From assembly GCA_031411135.1 (NCBI GenBank), contig JANOAN010000013.1, forward strand, positions 30,581 to 94,580: a stretch of 64,000 nt of DNA. The letters run 5' to 3'. Position numbers and translations under genes: made by a program. This DNA is from a bacterium (GTDB lineage: Bacteria; Patescibacteriota; Minisyncoccia; Phycocordibacterales; CAIZLB01). Below are positions 19,216 to 28,114 of this stretch, one piece after another (the stretch's first letter is position 1; each line of letters begins with the position of its first letter). The notes under the pieces are model-generated. The model was given only the letters and a program-made list of their open reading frames with translations, did no database searches and had not been told where the DNA came from.

Positions 19216-19734
19216 ATGGAAAAAGTCGATTTACCCATTATTCCTTTTGACACGGAAACAATCAGAGAAAAAATCTACTTTATTCGTGGGAGAAAAGTAA
19301 TGATGGACAAAGATTTAGATATGTTATACGGAGTTCCTACACACAGGCTAAATGAAGCAGTTAAGAGAAATCTAAAGAGATTTCCTGAAGATTTCATGTT
19401 TCAAATCAATAAAAACGAGGCTTTAAACTTGATATCGCAAATTGCGATATCAAGTCATGGAGGAACAAGGAGGCCATCATTCGTATTTACAGAACAAGGT
19501 ATCGCAATGCTTTCGAGCGTCTTGAATAGTGAAAGGGCTATACTGGTAAATATTCAAATAATAAGAATATTTATAAAACTCAGAGACATGATTGAAGCTT
19601 ATAGGGAATTGCGTGAAAAAGTGGAAGAAATGGAGAAAAATAATGAAAGTAGTTTTCAGGAAATATTCCGCATTATTAAACTAATTTTGAGACAAGAGGA
19701 GGAACCTAAAGAGAAAATGGGTTTTAGAGTTTAG
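19216..19734 (+). CDS. ORF6N-domain (KilA-N/antirepressor-related) DNA-binding protein
   Basis: YGVPTHRLNEAVKRNLKRFPEDFMFQI...GGTRRPSFVFTEQGIAMLSSVL matches ORF6N. Confidence 0.65.
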   Translation: MEKVDLPIIPFDTETIREKIYFIRGRKVMMDKDLDMLYGVPTHRLNEAVKRNLKRFPEDFMFQINKNEALNLISQIAISSHGGTRRPSFVFTEQGIAMLSSVLNSERAILVNIQIIRIFIKLRDMIEAYRELREKVEEMEKNNESSFQEIFRIIKLILRQEEEPKEKMGFRV

Positions 19735-19801
19735 TAATGACAAAACAAAATTGGAAGTCGCAATTTGCGACTTCCAATTTTAGCTTTCAAACCTCCCCTT
19801 C

Positions 19802-20641
19802 TTACATAAACATCTCCCTAAACTCCGCAAACGGCATGCCGTAGTTGAACCCAGGCTTCCTCTCCTGCAGGCGTCCACACTTACTCTTGTCGTATTTTGG
19901 AGTTTTCTGAAGCTGCACGAAACACACCGCGGACCAGCGTCCACTTTTGGCAGTTTCTTCAGTCGCCACTACACGATGACAAAGTGCAGTAAGTTTACCC
20001 TCCGATCTCTGCTGCATCTGCATGGAGTTGATGATGAGCGTCGCATCGCCGGAGAACGTAGCACCCTGCCACTCTTGTGCACCCAAAGACAGCGTCTCAA
20101 ATCCCGGAGCACTTTCAGACAAGTGTAGAGTGAAGCCACTCTGGTCTACATGGGCAGAGGCCGTCTCCTCTCCGGCTTTCCTGTCGCCGAAGTAGTGGAT
20201 GAAGCGCACAAAAAATCCAGCTTCGCTGGCTTCGACTTCGTCGGCAAATCCTGGGATGCCAAATTCTCTTTCAACATCTCGAGCGAAACGCATGATGGTC
20301 GGCTTCATCACTGACACCAGGGAGGTTGCACTCGACACAAACTCGCGCGCGACAGGATCTTCAATTCGCGACAGGTTTTCCTTCAGCCAGTCTTGACCGC
20401 CTACAGCGACATCGAGATTTTCCTTTGAATCACCCTTATTACCAGTTCCGTCTTTGAGCTCGTATCCGACGCCGTCAGAGCCGTTGCTGTATGGGAGGCC
20501 TTTCTTAACATCAGCCGGGAGAGCAGTAAACTTTTGCCAGAGCCTCATTGCATCAGCTACCGCTTGCAGCAAATCTGGTGGATAAGGAATTACTACCGCA
20601 CCTTCAGTTCCAAGTTTTTTTATATCGTATGTTTCAATCAT
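19802..20641 (-). CDS. 2-oxoglutarate/Fe(II)-dependent oxygenase (isopenicillin-N-synthase-like family)
   Basis: HxD in AHVDQSGFTLHL and a distal His/Arg in ALCHRV. GC is ~52% against a ~36% background. Confidence 0.7.
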   Translation of the reverse strand: MIETYDIKKLGTEGAVVIPYPPDLLQAVADAMRLWQKFTALPADVKKGLPYSNGSDGVGYELKDGTGNKGDSKENLDVAVGGQDWLKENLSRIEDPVAREFVSSATSLVSVMKPTIMRFARDVEREFGIPGFADEVEASEAGFFVRFIHYFGDRKAGEETASAHVDQSGFTLHLSESAPGFETLSLGAQEWQGATFSGDATLIINSMQMQQRSEGKLTALCHRVVATEETAKSGRWSAVCFVQLQKTPKYDKSKCGRLQERKPGFNYGMPFAEFREMFM

Positions 20642-20724
20642 GGGTTTTTTGGAAGTGTAGGTTGTGCCACTTCTAGAATTAGACTAAATTTTTAAACAAA
20701 AACAACAAGCGAGGACGTCCTCGG

Positions 20725-21459
20725 CTACTTTCCATCAACTAAATCACTCTGGATTTCCTCATTAAAAAATGGTGCCAACTTATCCACCGTCCCCTCTTTA
20801 ATCGCCTTCAACACAATATTAATACTTCTAATCGAATCAAACTCCGCTGATTCATTTTTAATTGCTTCATCAATTGGCACCCACATGTTATGCCCAAAAT
20901 CGCTGTCTATAATCAATTCTCCTTCATAAGAATCCGCATACGCAATCGGAAAAAGTAAATCTGAAAATAATTCTCCAGACTTATACATAATTCTTCGTTC
21001 ATTTCCTACCAACCGAAACTTCGCCTCCAACCCAGTTTCTTGTTTTAATTTTCTAGTCGCTGCGGGCTCGATCAATTCCCCTTTCAAAACTACCCCTCCC
21101 ATCACTCCCACTTTTCCGTAAGAAGGATTCGATTTTCTAATTTGCTGTAAAATTTCTATTTTTCCATTAACCTTTCTAGAAACAATTGTAATGACATTTA
21201 TTTTAAACAAACTGGTGATAGCACTATTTGTTGGATAAGGATCTGCTACGTGTTTAATACCTTTTGGAGCAAGTGAATATCCTTCATCTTCCCTTAGCAA
21301 AAACTCCTTTTTAACCAAATGTTGAAGGTGATAATTAAATAGGTCATTTGGCACTTTATCTGGCCGTAATTCAGCATATCTAATTGACTTGGCGTTCTTA
21401 ACGCGAGAAAGGATGTGGTTTTGTATGGGGGAAGAGACTGCTTGAGAGGTCATCACCAC
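20725..21459 (-). CDS. winged-helix DNA-binding domain fused to a NUDIX hydrolase domain
   Basis: N-terminal wHTH (RYAELRPDKVPNDLFNYHLQHLVKKEFL). Nudix-box-like GELIEPAATRKLKQETGL. Confidence 0.6.
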   Translation of the reverse strand: MVMTSQAVSSPIQNHILSRVKNAKSIRYAELRPDKVPNDLFNYHLQHLVKKEFLLREDEGYSLAPKGIKHVADPYPTNSAITSLFKINVITIVSRKVNGKIEILQQIRKSNPSYGKVGVMGGVVLKGELIEPAATRKLKQETGLEAKFRLVGNERRIMYKSGELFSDLLFPIAYADSYEGELIIDSDFGHNMWVPIDEAIKNESAEFDSIRSINIVLKAIKEGTVDKLAPFFNEEIQSDLVDGK

Positions 21460-21491
21460 ATGATATTCATATATCCAAAGATGGCAAGAAA

Positions 21492-22301
21492 TTACCTTAA
21501 ATCATTCAAAAGTTCGAGCACAAATCCCAACCCCTCATCTTCCAAAATAACCACATCATAAAGTTCCTTATACGCCCCCAATTTCTCATTCTTCCCATTT
21601 AAAAACCCAATTTTAATTACATTATCGTGATCAAGTCCCTTAACCATCAAAACATCTCCCGGACTATCCCCAAGTAAAATCACATTTTTTCGATTCTCGA
21701 TTTCCTTTAGATATTCTTTCCCTCTCAGGTGAGTCTCCGATTTATTATACGAATGGACCACGTCATCTTGAAAACCTGTTGGCTTCCCCTCTTCATCAAA
21801 GACAAAAAAGTTTGAAATAATATGCATATTAGAATAGAGCATCTTACGCAACAAGAAAAATTCTTTGATCACGTCCCCAAGTCCTGCTGATAAGATTAAA
21901 AAAGGGACTTTATTTATATCTGTAAAACGACACAATTCATCCAATTTATTTCTCGGTGTCATTTTTGTATGAAGTAACCCACCATCAATCATTTCCTTGG
22001 TTAATCCATATTTAATCAATGCACCAAGATGGAGTTTCCACCACTCATTCATTTTTTCATTTTTAACTTCAAGAGAAATATTGGGGTCATATTCGATTGG
22101 GAGATAAACTGATTTGTGTTCATCTCGTTCCTTTTTATATTCATCCCCCAACTGACACACCTCCCAAGTTGGCACCGAATGAATATTTGTGAGTGTTAAG
22201 TCGAAATCGGCAATTATATGAAGTGAGCTTAATCCTTGGGATTTTGTTTTAGAAATTTTTTCTTTAAATTCTGTCTCGTTTTTAAAGATTATTTTTTCCA
22301 T
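21492..22301 (-). CDS. HAD-superfamily pyrimidine 5'-nucleotidase (UMPH-1-like)
   Basis: HAD motif I IIADFDLTLT. LILSAGLGD and GDSPGD motifs. Confidence 0.6.
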   Translation of the reverse strand: MEKIIFKNETEFKEKISKTKSQGLSSLHIIADFDLTLTNIHSVPTWEVCQLGDEYKKERDEHKSVYLPIEYDPNISLEVKNEKMNEWWKLHLGALIKYGLTKEMIDGGLLHTKMTPRNKLDELCRFTDINKVPFLILSAGLGDVIKEFFLLRKMLYSNMHIISNFFVFDEEGKPTGFQDDVVHSYNKSETHLRGKEYLKEIENRKNVILLGDSPGDVLMVKGLDHDNVIKIGFLNGKNEKLGAYKELYDVVILEDEGLGFVLELLNDLR

Positions 22302-22324
22302 ATATCCCAGAGTATATCACCCTC

Positions 22325-23041
22325 CTACAACCTCGAGTACAGCAACTTGAAAATCTTCTTCTGAAATTCTGCAATCATAGGATTTTCAATTTTTACCACT
22401 GTTTTTGTCCGATAATCGATAAAAGCCACCTTATCTCCATAAATCACCTGTGTAATATCCAGATCGAACAAGTTCACACCAGGCGGAATAAACTTCATAA
22501 ATTTTCCTAATTTTCTTGATGAAGTTTTTCCCGATTCGTCAGAAATAATATATCTTTCTAATCCCTTTCTGTCTCTCACTTGTCTATAGTCATGTGGAAG
22601 ATATTTTTTTCTCGCCAGAGTTAAAGATGAACTGTATCTGTAATAAACATCATTTTTCTTTAAACTGTGAATCGCGTCAGAAAAGAGATCCTTGATAGAT
22701 TTATCACCTTCTGAAAAAGTAATAGCTGGTTTTCTTCCTCGCGAATCATACGATTCTTGAAGTGCATGAATCTCTACATTAAAATCATCTTCAAGTTCGA
22801 CAAGCAGTTTCTCCAATTTTTGGGGAGATTCTGGAATATATTGTTTATATTTTCCCTTTGGCATAACACTAACAAGTCCGCGATCAATTAAATTTGGAAT
22901 TGCCTGATATACCGTCGGCCTGTGTATTCCTACCTTTCTCACAATATCCGAAATAGAAGATGGGCCGAGTTCTATAAGTGCCAAGTAGATCTGGGCTTGA
23001 TCTTTATTGAATCCTAACTTTTCTAGAATGCTTTTTGTCAT
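22325..23041 (-). CDS. TrmB-family transcriptional regulator
   Basis: N-terminal HTH LGFNKDQAQIYLALIELGPSSISDIVRKVGIHRPTVYQAIPNLIDRGLV. Confidence 0.7.
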   Translation of the reverse strand: MTKSILEKLGFNKDQAQIYLALIELGPSSISDIVRKVGIHRPTVYQAIPNLIDRGLVSVMPKGKYKQYIPESPQKLEKLLVELEDDFNVEIHALQESYDSRGRKPAITFSEGDKSIKDLFSDAIHSLKKNDVYYRYSSSLTLARKKYLPHDYRQVRDRKGLERYIISDESGKTSSRKLGKFMKFIPPGVNLFDLDITQVIYGDKVAFIDYRTKTVVKIENPMIAEFQKKIFKLLYSRL

Positions 23042-23204
23042 AAGTTGTATTAATATATTACAACTTTATATTAGCATATATTCATTATATTGCAACATAT
23101 ATTATTCATAATCACATTTATAGGTACAACTTTGTAATAATTCCAAGCACTAATAATAAAACCATCCTATTCTTAGATCAGAACAGCACACAACAACAAA
23201 ACAT

Positions 23205-24098
23205 ATGAGAAACACAACAATAACAACACAGCTACCCGCAATTCAAACACAAATAATCACAATGGTCGAAAAAGCCATCGAGATTATCCGTGCTAACTGC
23301 GGGAACATGCAGGCCCAAGTCAAAGTCAGCTACGCCGGCAATAACGACGACTGCGTCACCATCGCCGACAAACTGGCTCAGGAAATGTATCTGGAGGAAA
23401 TCCGGAAACACTTCCCTACATTCGGCATCATCGCCGAGGAACAGGAGCTGACTATCCCTTGCACGGACAAAAACTTCGATGTTTACTTCACCATCGACCC
23501 ATTGGACGGTACGAAAGCATTCGCGAGAAAGCAATCACACGGCGTCGGCACAATGCTCGCTCTGATCTCTGATGGAAACATCGTTGCAGTTGCAATCGGC
23601 GACGTGAACACTGGCGAAGTTTATACTTACGCCAACGAAAGCGAACACTGCGAGGTGACAAGGCTTCGCTTCGGGGTTAAGTATCAACTTGAGCCAGAGA
23701 AAAAACCTTTGGCCGAGCAATACGCCTTCCTCTTGGACCATCCAAGGGAACAACCAGAGATCGTGCGCAACATGATTCTGCCAGCACCCAAGGACGGAGG
23801 CTTGTTCAAGGACTTCGAAATCGGCAGCGGCAGTATCGGCCTTCGTTTCGCTCGTCTTTGGAAAGGCGAAGTTGGCGGAATCTTCTTGACGCCGACCTTC
23901 GACACGCCATGGGATTTGATGCCGGTTCTTGGCATCACCAAAAAGCTCGGGTTCAAGTTCCTGAAGATAGATGGTAGGGCGCTCGTAGACTTCGAACCAG
24001 AGATGGTCCGCACAGTCACTCGGATGCCACACAACCTCCTAATCATCCACGAAACACACACAACCGAACTACACCAATGGATGCAAAACCAAAAATAG
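23205..24098 (+). CDS. inositol-monophosphatase / 3'(2'),5'-bisphosphate nucleotidase family protein
   Basis: FGIIAEE and DPLDGT motifs. GC ~52%. The true start is possibly at 23262 (MVEKAIEII), where the GC-rich coding begins. Confidence 0.75.
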   Translation: MRNTTITTQLPAIQTQIITMVEKAIEIIRANCGNMQAQVKVSYAGNNDDCVTIADKLAQEMYLEEIRKHFPTFGIIAEEQELTIPCTDKNFDVYFTIDPLDGTKAFARKQSHGVGTMLALISDGNIVAVAIGDVNTGEVYTYANESEHCEVTRLRFGVKYQLEPEKKPLAEQYAFLLDHPREQPEIVRNMILPAPKDGGLFKDFEIGSGSIGLRFARLWKGEVGGIFLTPTFDTPWDLMPVLGITKKLGFKFLKIDGRALVDFEPEMVRTVTRMPHNLLIIHETHTTELHQWMQNQK

Positions 24099-24526
24099 GC
24101 ATTGACCTTGGCATGACCATCGTCAATACTCGAGATGAAACTCGAAGTGCCTTTCCCGACGCCCTCCGCGTCATCAAGCGACTGGTCGAACACTACACAG
24201 TGTTCATCGTCTCGCGAGTAAACCAGGAACAAATGGTACGAGCCAAAGCTTGGCTCCAACGCATGAAGTTCCACGACGAAACCGGCTTACCAGCCGAAAA
24301 CGTCTTCTTCTGCGCCGAGCGCCATGAGAAAGCTCCTATTTGTCAGCGACTGGGCATCACAGCCTTCGTCGACGACCGACCAGAAGTGCTTTCTCACATG
24401 CAGGGTATCGTCCCGTTACGAATCCTCATCGGTGGCGACGAGGAAGATGTCTTGAAGCACCAAGAAAAGAATCTGGATGTAATCCGGGTAGAGACTTGGG
24501 GAGAAATAGAAAAACTACTCCTCTAG
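24077..24526 (+). CDS. HAD-like 5'(3')-deoxyribonucleotidase (NT5C-family-like)
   Basis: IGIDLGMTIV (DxD-type motif I) and AFVDD. GC-rich. 22-nt overlap with the upstream IMPase gene. Confidence 0.55.
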   Translation: MDAKPKIGIDLGMTIVNTRDETRSAFPDALRVIKRLVEHYTVFIVSRVNQEQMVRAKAWLQRMKFHDETGLPAENVFFCAERHEKAPICQRLGITAFVDDRPEVLSHMQGIVPLRILIGGDEEDVLKHQEKNLDVIRVETWGEIEKLLL

Positions 24527-24537
24527 GAAAATCATCG

Positions 24538-24573
24538 GCCGCGACGCGAATAGCGTCGCGGCCTTTTCTTTTG
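24538..24573 (+). terminator. GC-rich rho-independent terminator
   Basis: Perfect 11-bp stem ggccgcgacgc/gcgtcgcggcc followed by ttttctttt. Confidence 0.75.
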
Positions 24574-24582
24574 ACCCAACCC

Positions 24583-27105
24583 TTAACTACTAAACTTCTT
24601 CGCAAATACAAACCGCTTCATGATTTCAACAACAACAAATCCAAATAGTACCGTACCTACGACTGGTAAGGCATACTTAATGCCATATGGAGTAAGGTGG
24701 AAGGCCTTTTGGAGAAGCGGGACAAACGGCATTAGAACTGTGAATAGAACCACTCCTAGGAAAAAGATAACTGTCTGTCTGCGAAGGGGTGGAGCTTTCC
24801 AGAACCAATCATTAGTACGTAGAGAAACAATCAAGATAAACTCAAAAAGAATGATCTCAATCAGCCATAATGTCCTGAACAAATCTTCAGGTAAGTATGA
24901 GAAAACTTTATAAAACAAAAATTGGACAAAGAGTGTTGCAAAACCCAGATAGACCGAGGCGAAACAAATATCCCGTATATGCTGTTTTACAGGACGACGT
25001 TCTTCGGACTTCGAAATTGGAGAATTTACTACACTGATCATTGGCACATCGGTTAAAATATTTTCAAGCAAAATTTGTGTCGGCAAAAGAGGCAGAGATT
25101 TTGAAATTATTGAAATCAAAGACAGTGAGTACAGACTTCCAAAGTTTCCTGTAAGGGTAATTAGAATGTACTTTCCGATATTATTCATGATTTGCCTGCC
25201 GAGATAAACCGCTTCAACAATTACGGATAAGTCGCGCTGTGTGAGGACAATATCGGCGCTTTCTTTGGCAATATCAGAAGCTTCCTCTACCACCATACCC
25301 ACGTCAGCAATTTTAAGAGCCGGTGCATCATTCACACCCTCTCCAAGAAACATCACCGAGTGCTGGGTAGAAAGGGCTTTGATAATGGCATATTTTTCCT
25401 TTGGGTTAACTCTGGCAAAGATTTTTATGTATTTAAAAGCATTATATCTTTTTTCTTCCTCTATATTTTCTATGTCCGAGCCAATGAAAACTTCTGAAGG
25501 ACTAATGTCCATTCCTACTTTTTGAGCGACATGCAAAGCCACATCAGGAGCGTCCCCAGTCAAAATCTTTATTTGCAATCCCAACTCTTTTGCCCTCTTT
25601 AATGTCTCAGATGTCGTTTCTTTGATTGGATCCTCAAAAACTATTTGACCAACATAAGTCATTCCCCGAACATCATTTTGATCGTATTTATTTTTTTCAT
25701 CTATAGACTTCTCAGCTATGACTAGAACTCGGAGGCCTTTTTCTCCAAGCTCTTTGGTTTGCTTTAAAATATCCGTGCGCTTACTTTCATCCATCACACA
25801 CCTTTCAATGACAGTTTCTGGAGCACCTTTCACTGCTAAAACAAAACTTCCGTCTTTACCAACAGCTGAAAACTGCCACTTCATATCGAAATCAAAAGTA
25901 CTTTCAAATATCCTTTTAAACACCCTTGTACTATTTTGAATACTACTATCTGCATATTTCCACAAAGCCACATCAAAAGACCCAGAGAACATAGTGGCCG
26001 TATCCTGAATCTCCTTGGAAGCCATCAGGGACCTCTGTAAACAGTGATGTTTATTTTCGGCAATCACATCCACCACTGAGATAATATTTTTCGTTAGAGT
26101 TCCTGTCTTGTCTGTACAAATGATTTCAACACCACCCATGTCTTCGATGGAAGACAATCGTTTAATTAATACTCCGCTTTTAACCAAAACTAATGAGGCA
26201 CGAGTCAGTGCAAGGGTTGAAATAAGCGGTAGCATTTCAGGCACAATAGCTATCGCCATCGCAACAGTGAAAAGAAAAATATGATCTAGTCCAAATTCTG
26301 GATGAAAAATTTCAAGGGCAGTAAATAAGACTATGCCAATGAAAACGGTTGATTTAAAAAGAAAATCTGATAACTGATTAATCTGCAGTAAAAATGAACT
26401 GCGTTTTTTTGAATGATGAGTCAGCGCCACAATCTGGCCGAATTCTGTATTTCCTCCAGTGGCAACCACCACCGCTTCACATTGTCCGTCAATAACCAAA
26501 GTGCTGCTAAAAAGCATAGTAGACGGAGTGCTACCTTCTGAAACTTGAACCATGTGACTCTTTGATACCCCGCCCGATTCCCCTGTTAAAATCGATTCGT
26601 CCACAATCACTCCGTTTGTTTTTATAACCCTTGCATCCGCCGGAACGAGCTGTCCGCTATTAAGCAAGATGATATCTCCATATACCAGACTCCTTCGTTC
26701 GACGGTTTGTTCTATGCCATTCCTACGAACACGTACTTTTTGGGGAATGTGCTTTTGTAAAACTTGAGATAACTTTTCTGCTCTATATTCTTGAAAAGTT
26801 CCAAGCGCCCCATTTATAACCAGGATTGTAATAATCACCCACCCATCAATCATTTCCCCAAGTAAAAAAGAAATAATTACACCAAACATCAAGAGAAGCA
26901 TCAAAAAATTTGAATACTGGTCTAGAATTTTTCTTAAAATACTTATCTTATTATGATTAATTTCGTTATAACCACTTTCTTTAATTCTTTCAGATATTTG
27001 GACATCGGAAAGACCAGAGCTGTCTGATCTTAATTTAGAAAAGACTTCAGGAATTTCTATAAATGCATGCTGATTTTTCATTTCTTCCGTTTCATTCTGA
27101 CACAT
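24583..27105 (-). CDS. cation-transporting P-type ATPase (P2/P3-type, MgtA/PMCA-like)
   Basis: ICTDKTGTLT phosphorylation site, TGD, and GEGVNDAPALKIADVGM. About 10 TM segments. Confidence 0.85.
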   Translation of the reverse strand: MCQNETEEMKNQHAFIEIPEVFSKLRSDSSGLSDVQISERIKESGYNEINHNKISILRKILDQYSNFLMLLLMFGVIISFLLGEMIDGWVIITILVINGALGTFQEYRAEKLSQVLQKHIPQKVRVRRNGIEQTVERRSLVYGDIILLNSGQLVPADARVIKTNGVIVDESILTGESGGVSKSHMVQVSEGSTPSTMLFSSTLVIDGQCEAVVVATGGNTEFGQIVALTHHSKKRSSFLLQINQLSDFLFKSTVFIGIVLFTALEIFHPEFGLDHIFLFTVAMAIAIVPEMLPLISTLALTRASLVLVKSGVLIKRLSSIEDMGGVEIICTDKTGTLTKNIISVVDVIAENKHHCLQRSLMASKEIQDTATMFSGSFDVALWKYADSSIQNSTRVFKRIFESTFDFDMKWQFSAVGKDGSFVLAVKGAPETVIERCVMDESKRTDILKQTKELGEKGLRVLVIAEKSIDEKNKYDQNDVRGMTYVGQIVFEDPIKETTSETLKRAKELGLQIKILTGDAPDVALHVAQKVGMDISPSEVFIGSDIENIEEEKRYNAFKYIKIFARVNPKEKYAIIKALSTQHSVMFLGEGVNDAPALKIADVGMVVEEASDIAKESADIVLTQRDLSVIVEAVYLGRQIMNNIGKYILITLTGNFGSLYSLSLISIISKSLPLLPTQILLENILTDVPMISVVNSPISKSEERRPVKQHIRDICFASVYLGFATLFVQFLFYKVFSYLPEDLFRTLWLIEIILFEFILIVSLRTNDWFWKAPPLRRQTVIFFLGVVLFTVLMPFVPLLQKAFHLTPYGIKYALPVVGTVLFGFVVVEIMKRFVFAKKFSS

Positions 27106-27335
27106 CTCAAGGGAAAATCAATGCACCCTCACCTGTTTACCCATCGTATATACATGTATAATGTCACCATTGTGACCTTTAGTTTATTAGATTAATATTA
27201 ATCTCACATGCAAATGTTACAGCTACAGTTATTCGAGATGGGGCGAAGGGTATAGGATACGGAGCCTTTGAAAACATTGGCGGATTCTTTAAACACCTAT
27301 TCGGATTCTAATCGGATCCTAAATTTATTGACTTT

Positions 27336-27365
27336 GAAAACCCACCTAATGGTGGGTTTTCTGTT
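27336..27365. terminator. bidirectional hairpin with U-tracts in a divergent intergenic region
   Basis: aaaacccacc-taat-ggtgggtttt, 30 nt upstream of the PAP2 start codon. Confidence 0.4.
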
Positions 27366-27395
27366 TCAGTTATTTAATCTATACTTGATGAATAC

Positions 27396-28103
27396 GTGTT
27401 AAAAATAATAAAACAAATATTAGCAAATCATAAAAAACTGTGGAAAGACAGCCAATTTCTACTGAGAATAGTTTTGCATACCGCCTTTTTATCTGTAAGT
27501 ATTATTCTAACTTATATCGCTGTTACTTATACCGACGGGTATTCCGGTCTGAACATTGTTCCTGACATACTACTTGATCATATTCCTAAAATGGATGTAG
27601 GGTTAATATTTTTCCAAGGATCTTTTATTTTTATACTTAGCCTACTTGGACTTGCAATTCTTATGCCCGAAGCTATACCTTTTGGTCTGGCGGGAGCAGC
27701 CCTGTTTTTTCTTGTAAGAGCTGGCTTTATGAGCATGACCCACCTTTCCGCCCCGTTTATTGCCCATTACAGCTATATAAATTACGATAGCCTCATTCCT
27801 GAAGTTATATTTAGTATGAACTCTGGTAATGATATGTTTTTCTCTGGACACACCGGATTTCCATTTATGCTTGCAATAATGTTTTGGCAACACAAATATT
27901 TGAAATATTACTTCTTGTTCTGTTCAGTAATTGCTGGGGCGGCAGTTATTGTAGGACACCTGCACTATTCAATCGATGTATTCTCTGCTTTCTTTATTGG
28001 ATACGGAATTTTTGTTATTGCAAAAAGTCTCTTTAAAAAAGAATATGAATTTTTTGAAAACATACCTACGACCGAGATTTCAGTTTCCTTAAAGGTAAGG
28101 TAA
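27396..28103 (+). CDS. PAP2-superfamily (sphingomyelin-synthase-like PAP2_C) membrane protein
   Basis: SGH (FFSGHTGFPF) and HYxxDV (HLHYSIDVF) motifs. Multi-TM. GTG start. Confidence 0.6.
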   Translation: MLKIIKQILANHKKLWKDSQFLLRIVLHTAFLSVSIILTYIAVTYTDGYSGLNIVPDILLDHIPKMDVGLIFFQGSFIFILSLLGLAILMPEAIPFGLAGAALFFLVRAGFMSMTHLSAPFIAHYSYINYDSLIPEVIFSMNSGNDMFFSGHTGFPFMLAIMFWQHKYLKYYFLFCSVIAGAAVIVGHLHYSIDVFSAFFIGYGIFVIAKSLFKKEYEFFENIPTTEISVSLKVR

Positions 28104-28114
28104 AATTAAATTGG

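Noticed and set aside
23232-24648. Multiple overlapping ORFs on both strands (23232..23534-, 23535..24032-, 23684..24274-, 24340..24648+, 24426..24611-)
   Set aside because: They lie in a ~52% GC patch where random open frames are long. They overlap the well-supported IMPase and HAD-nucleotidase genes and have no motifs.
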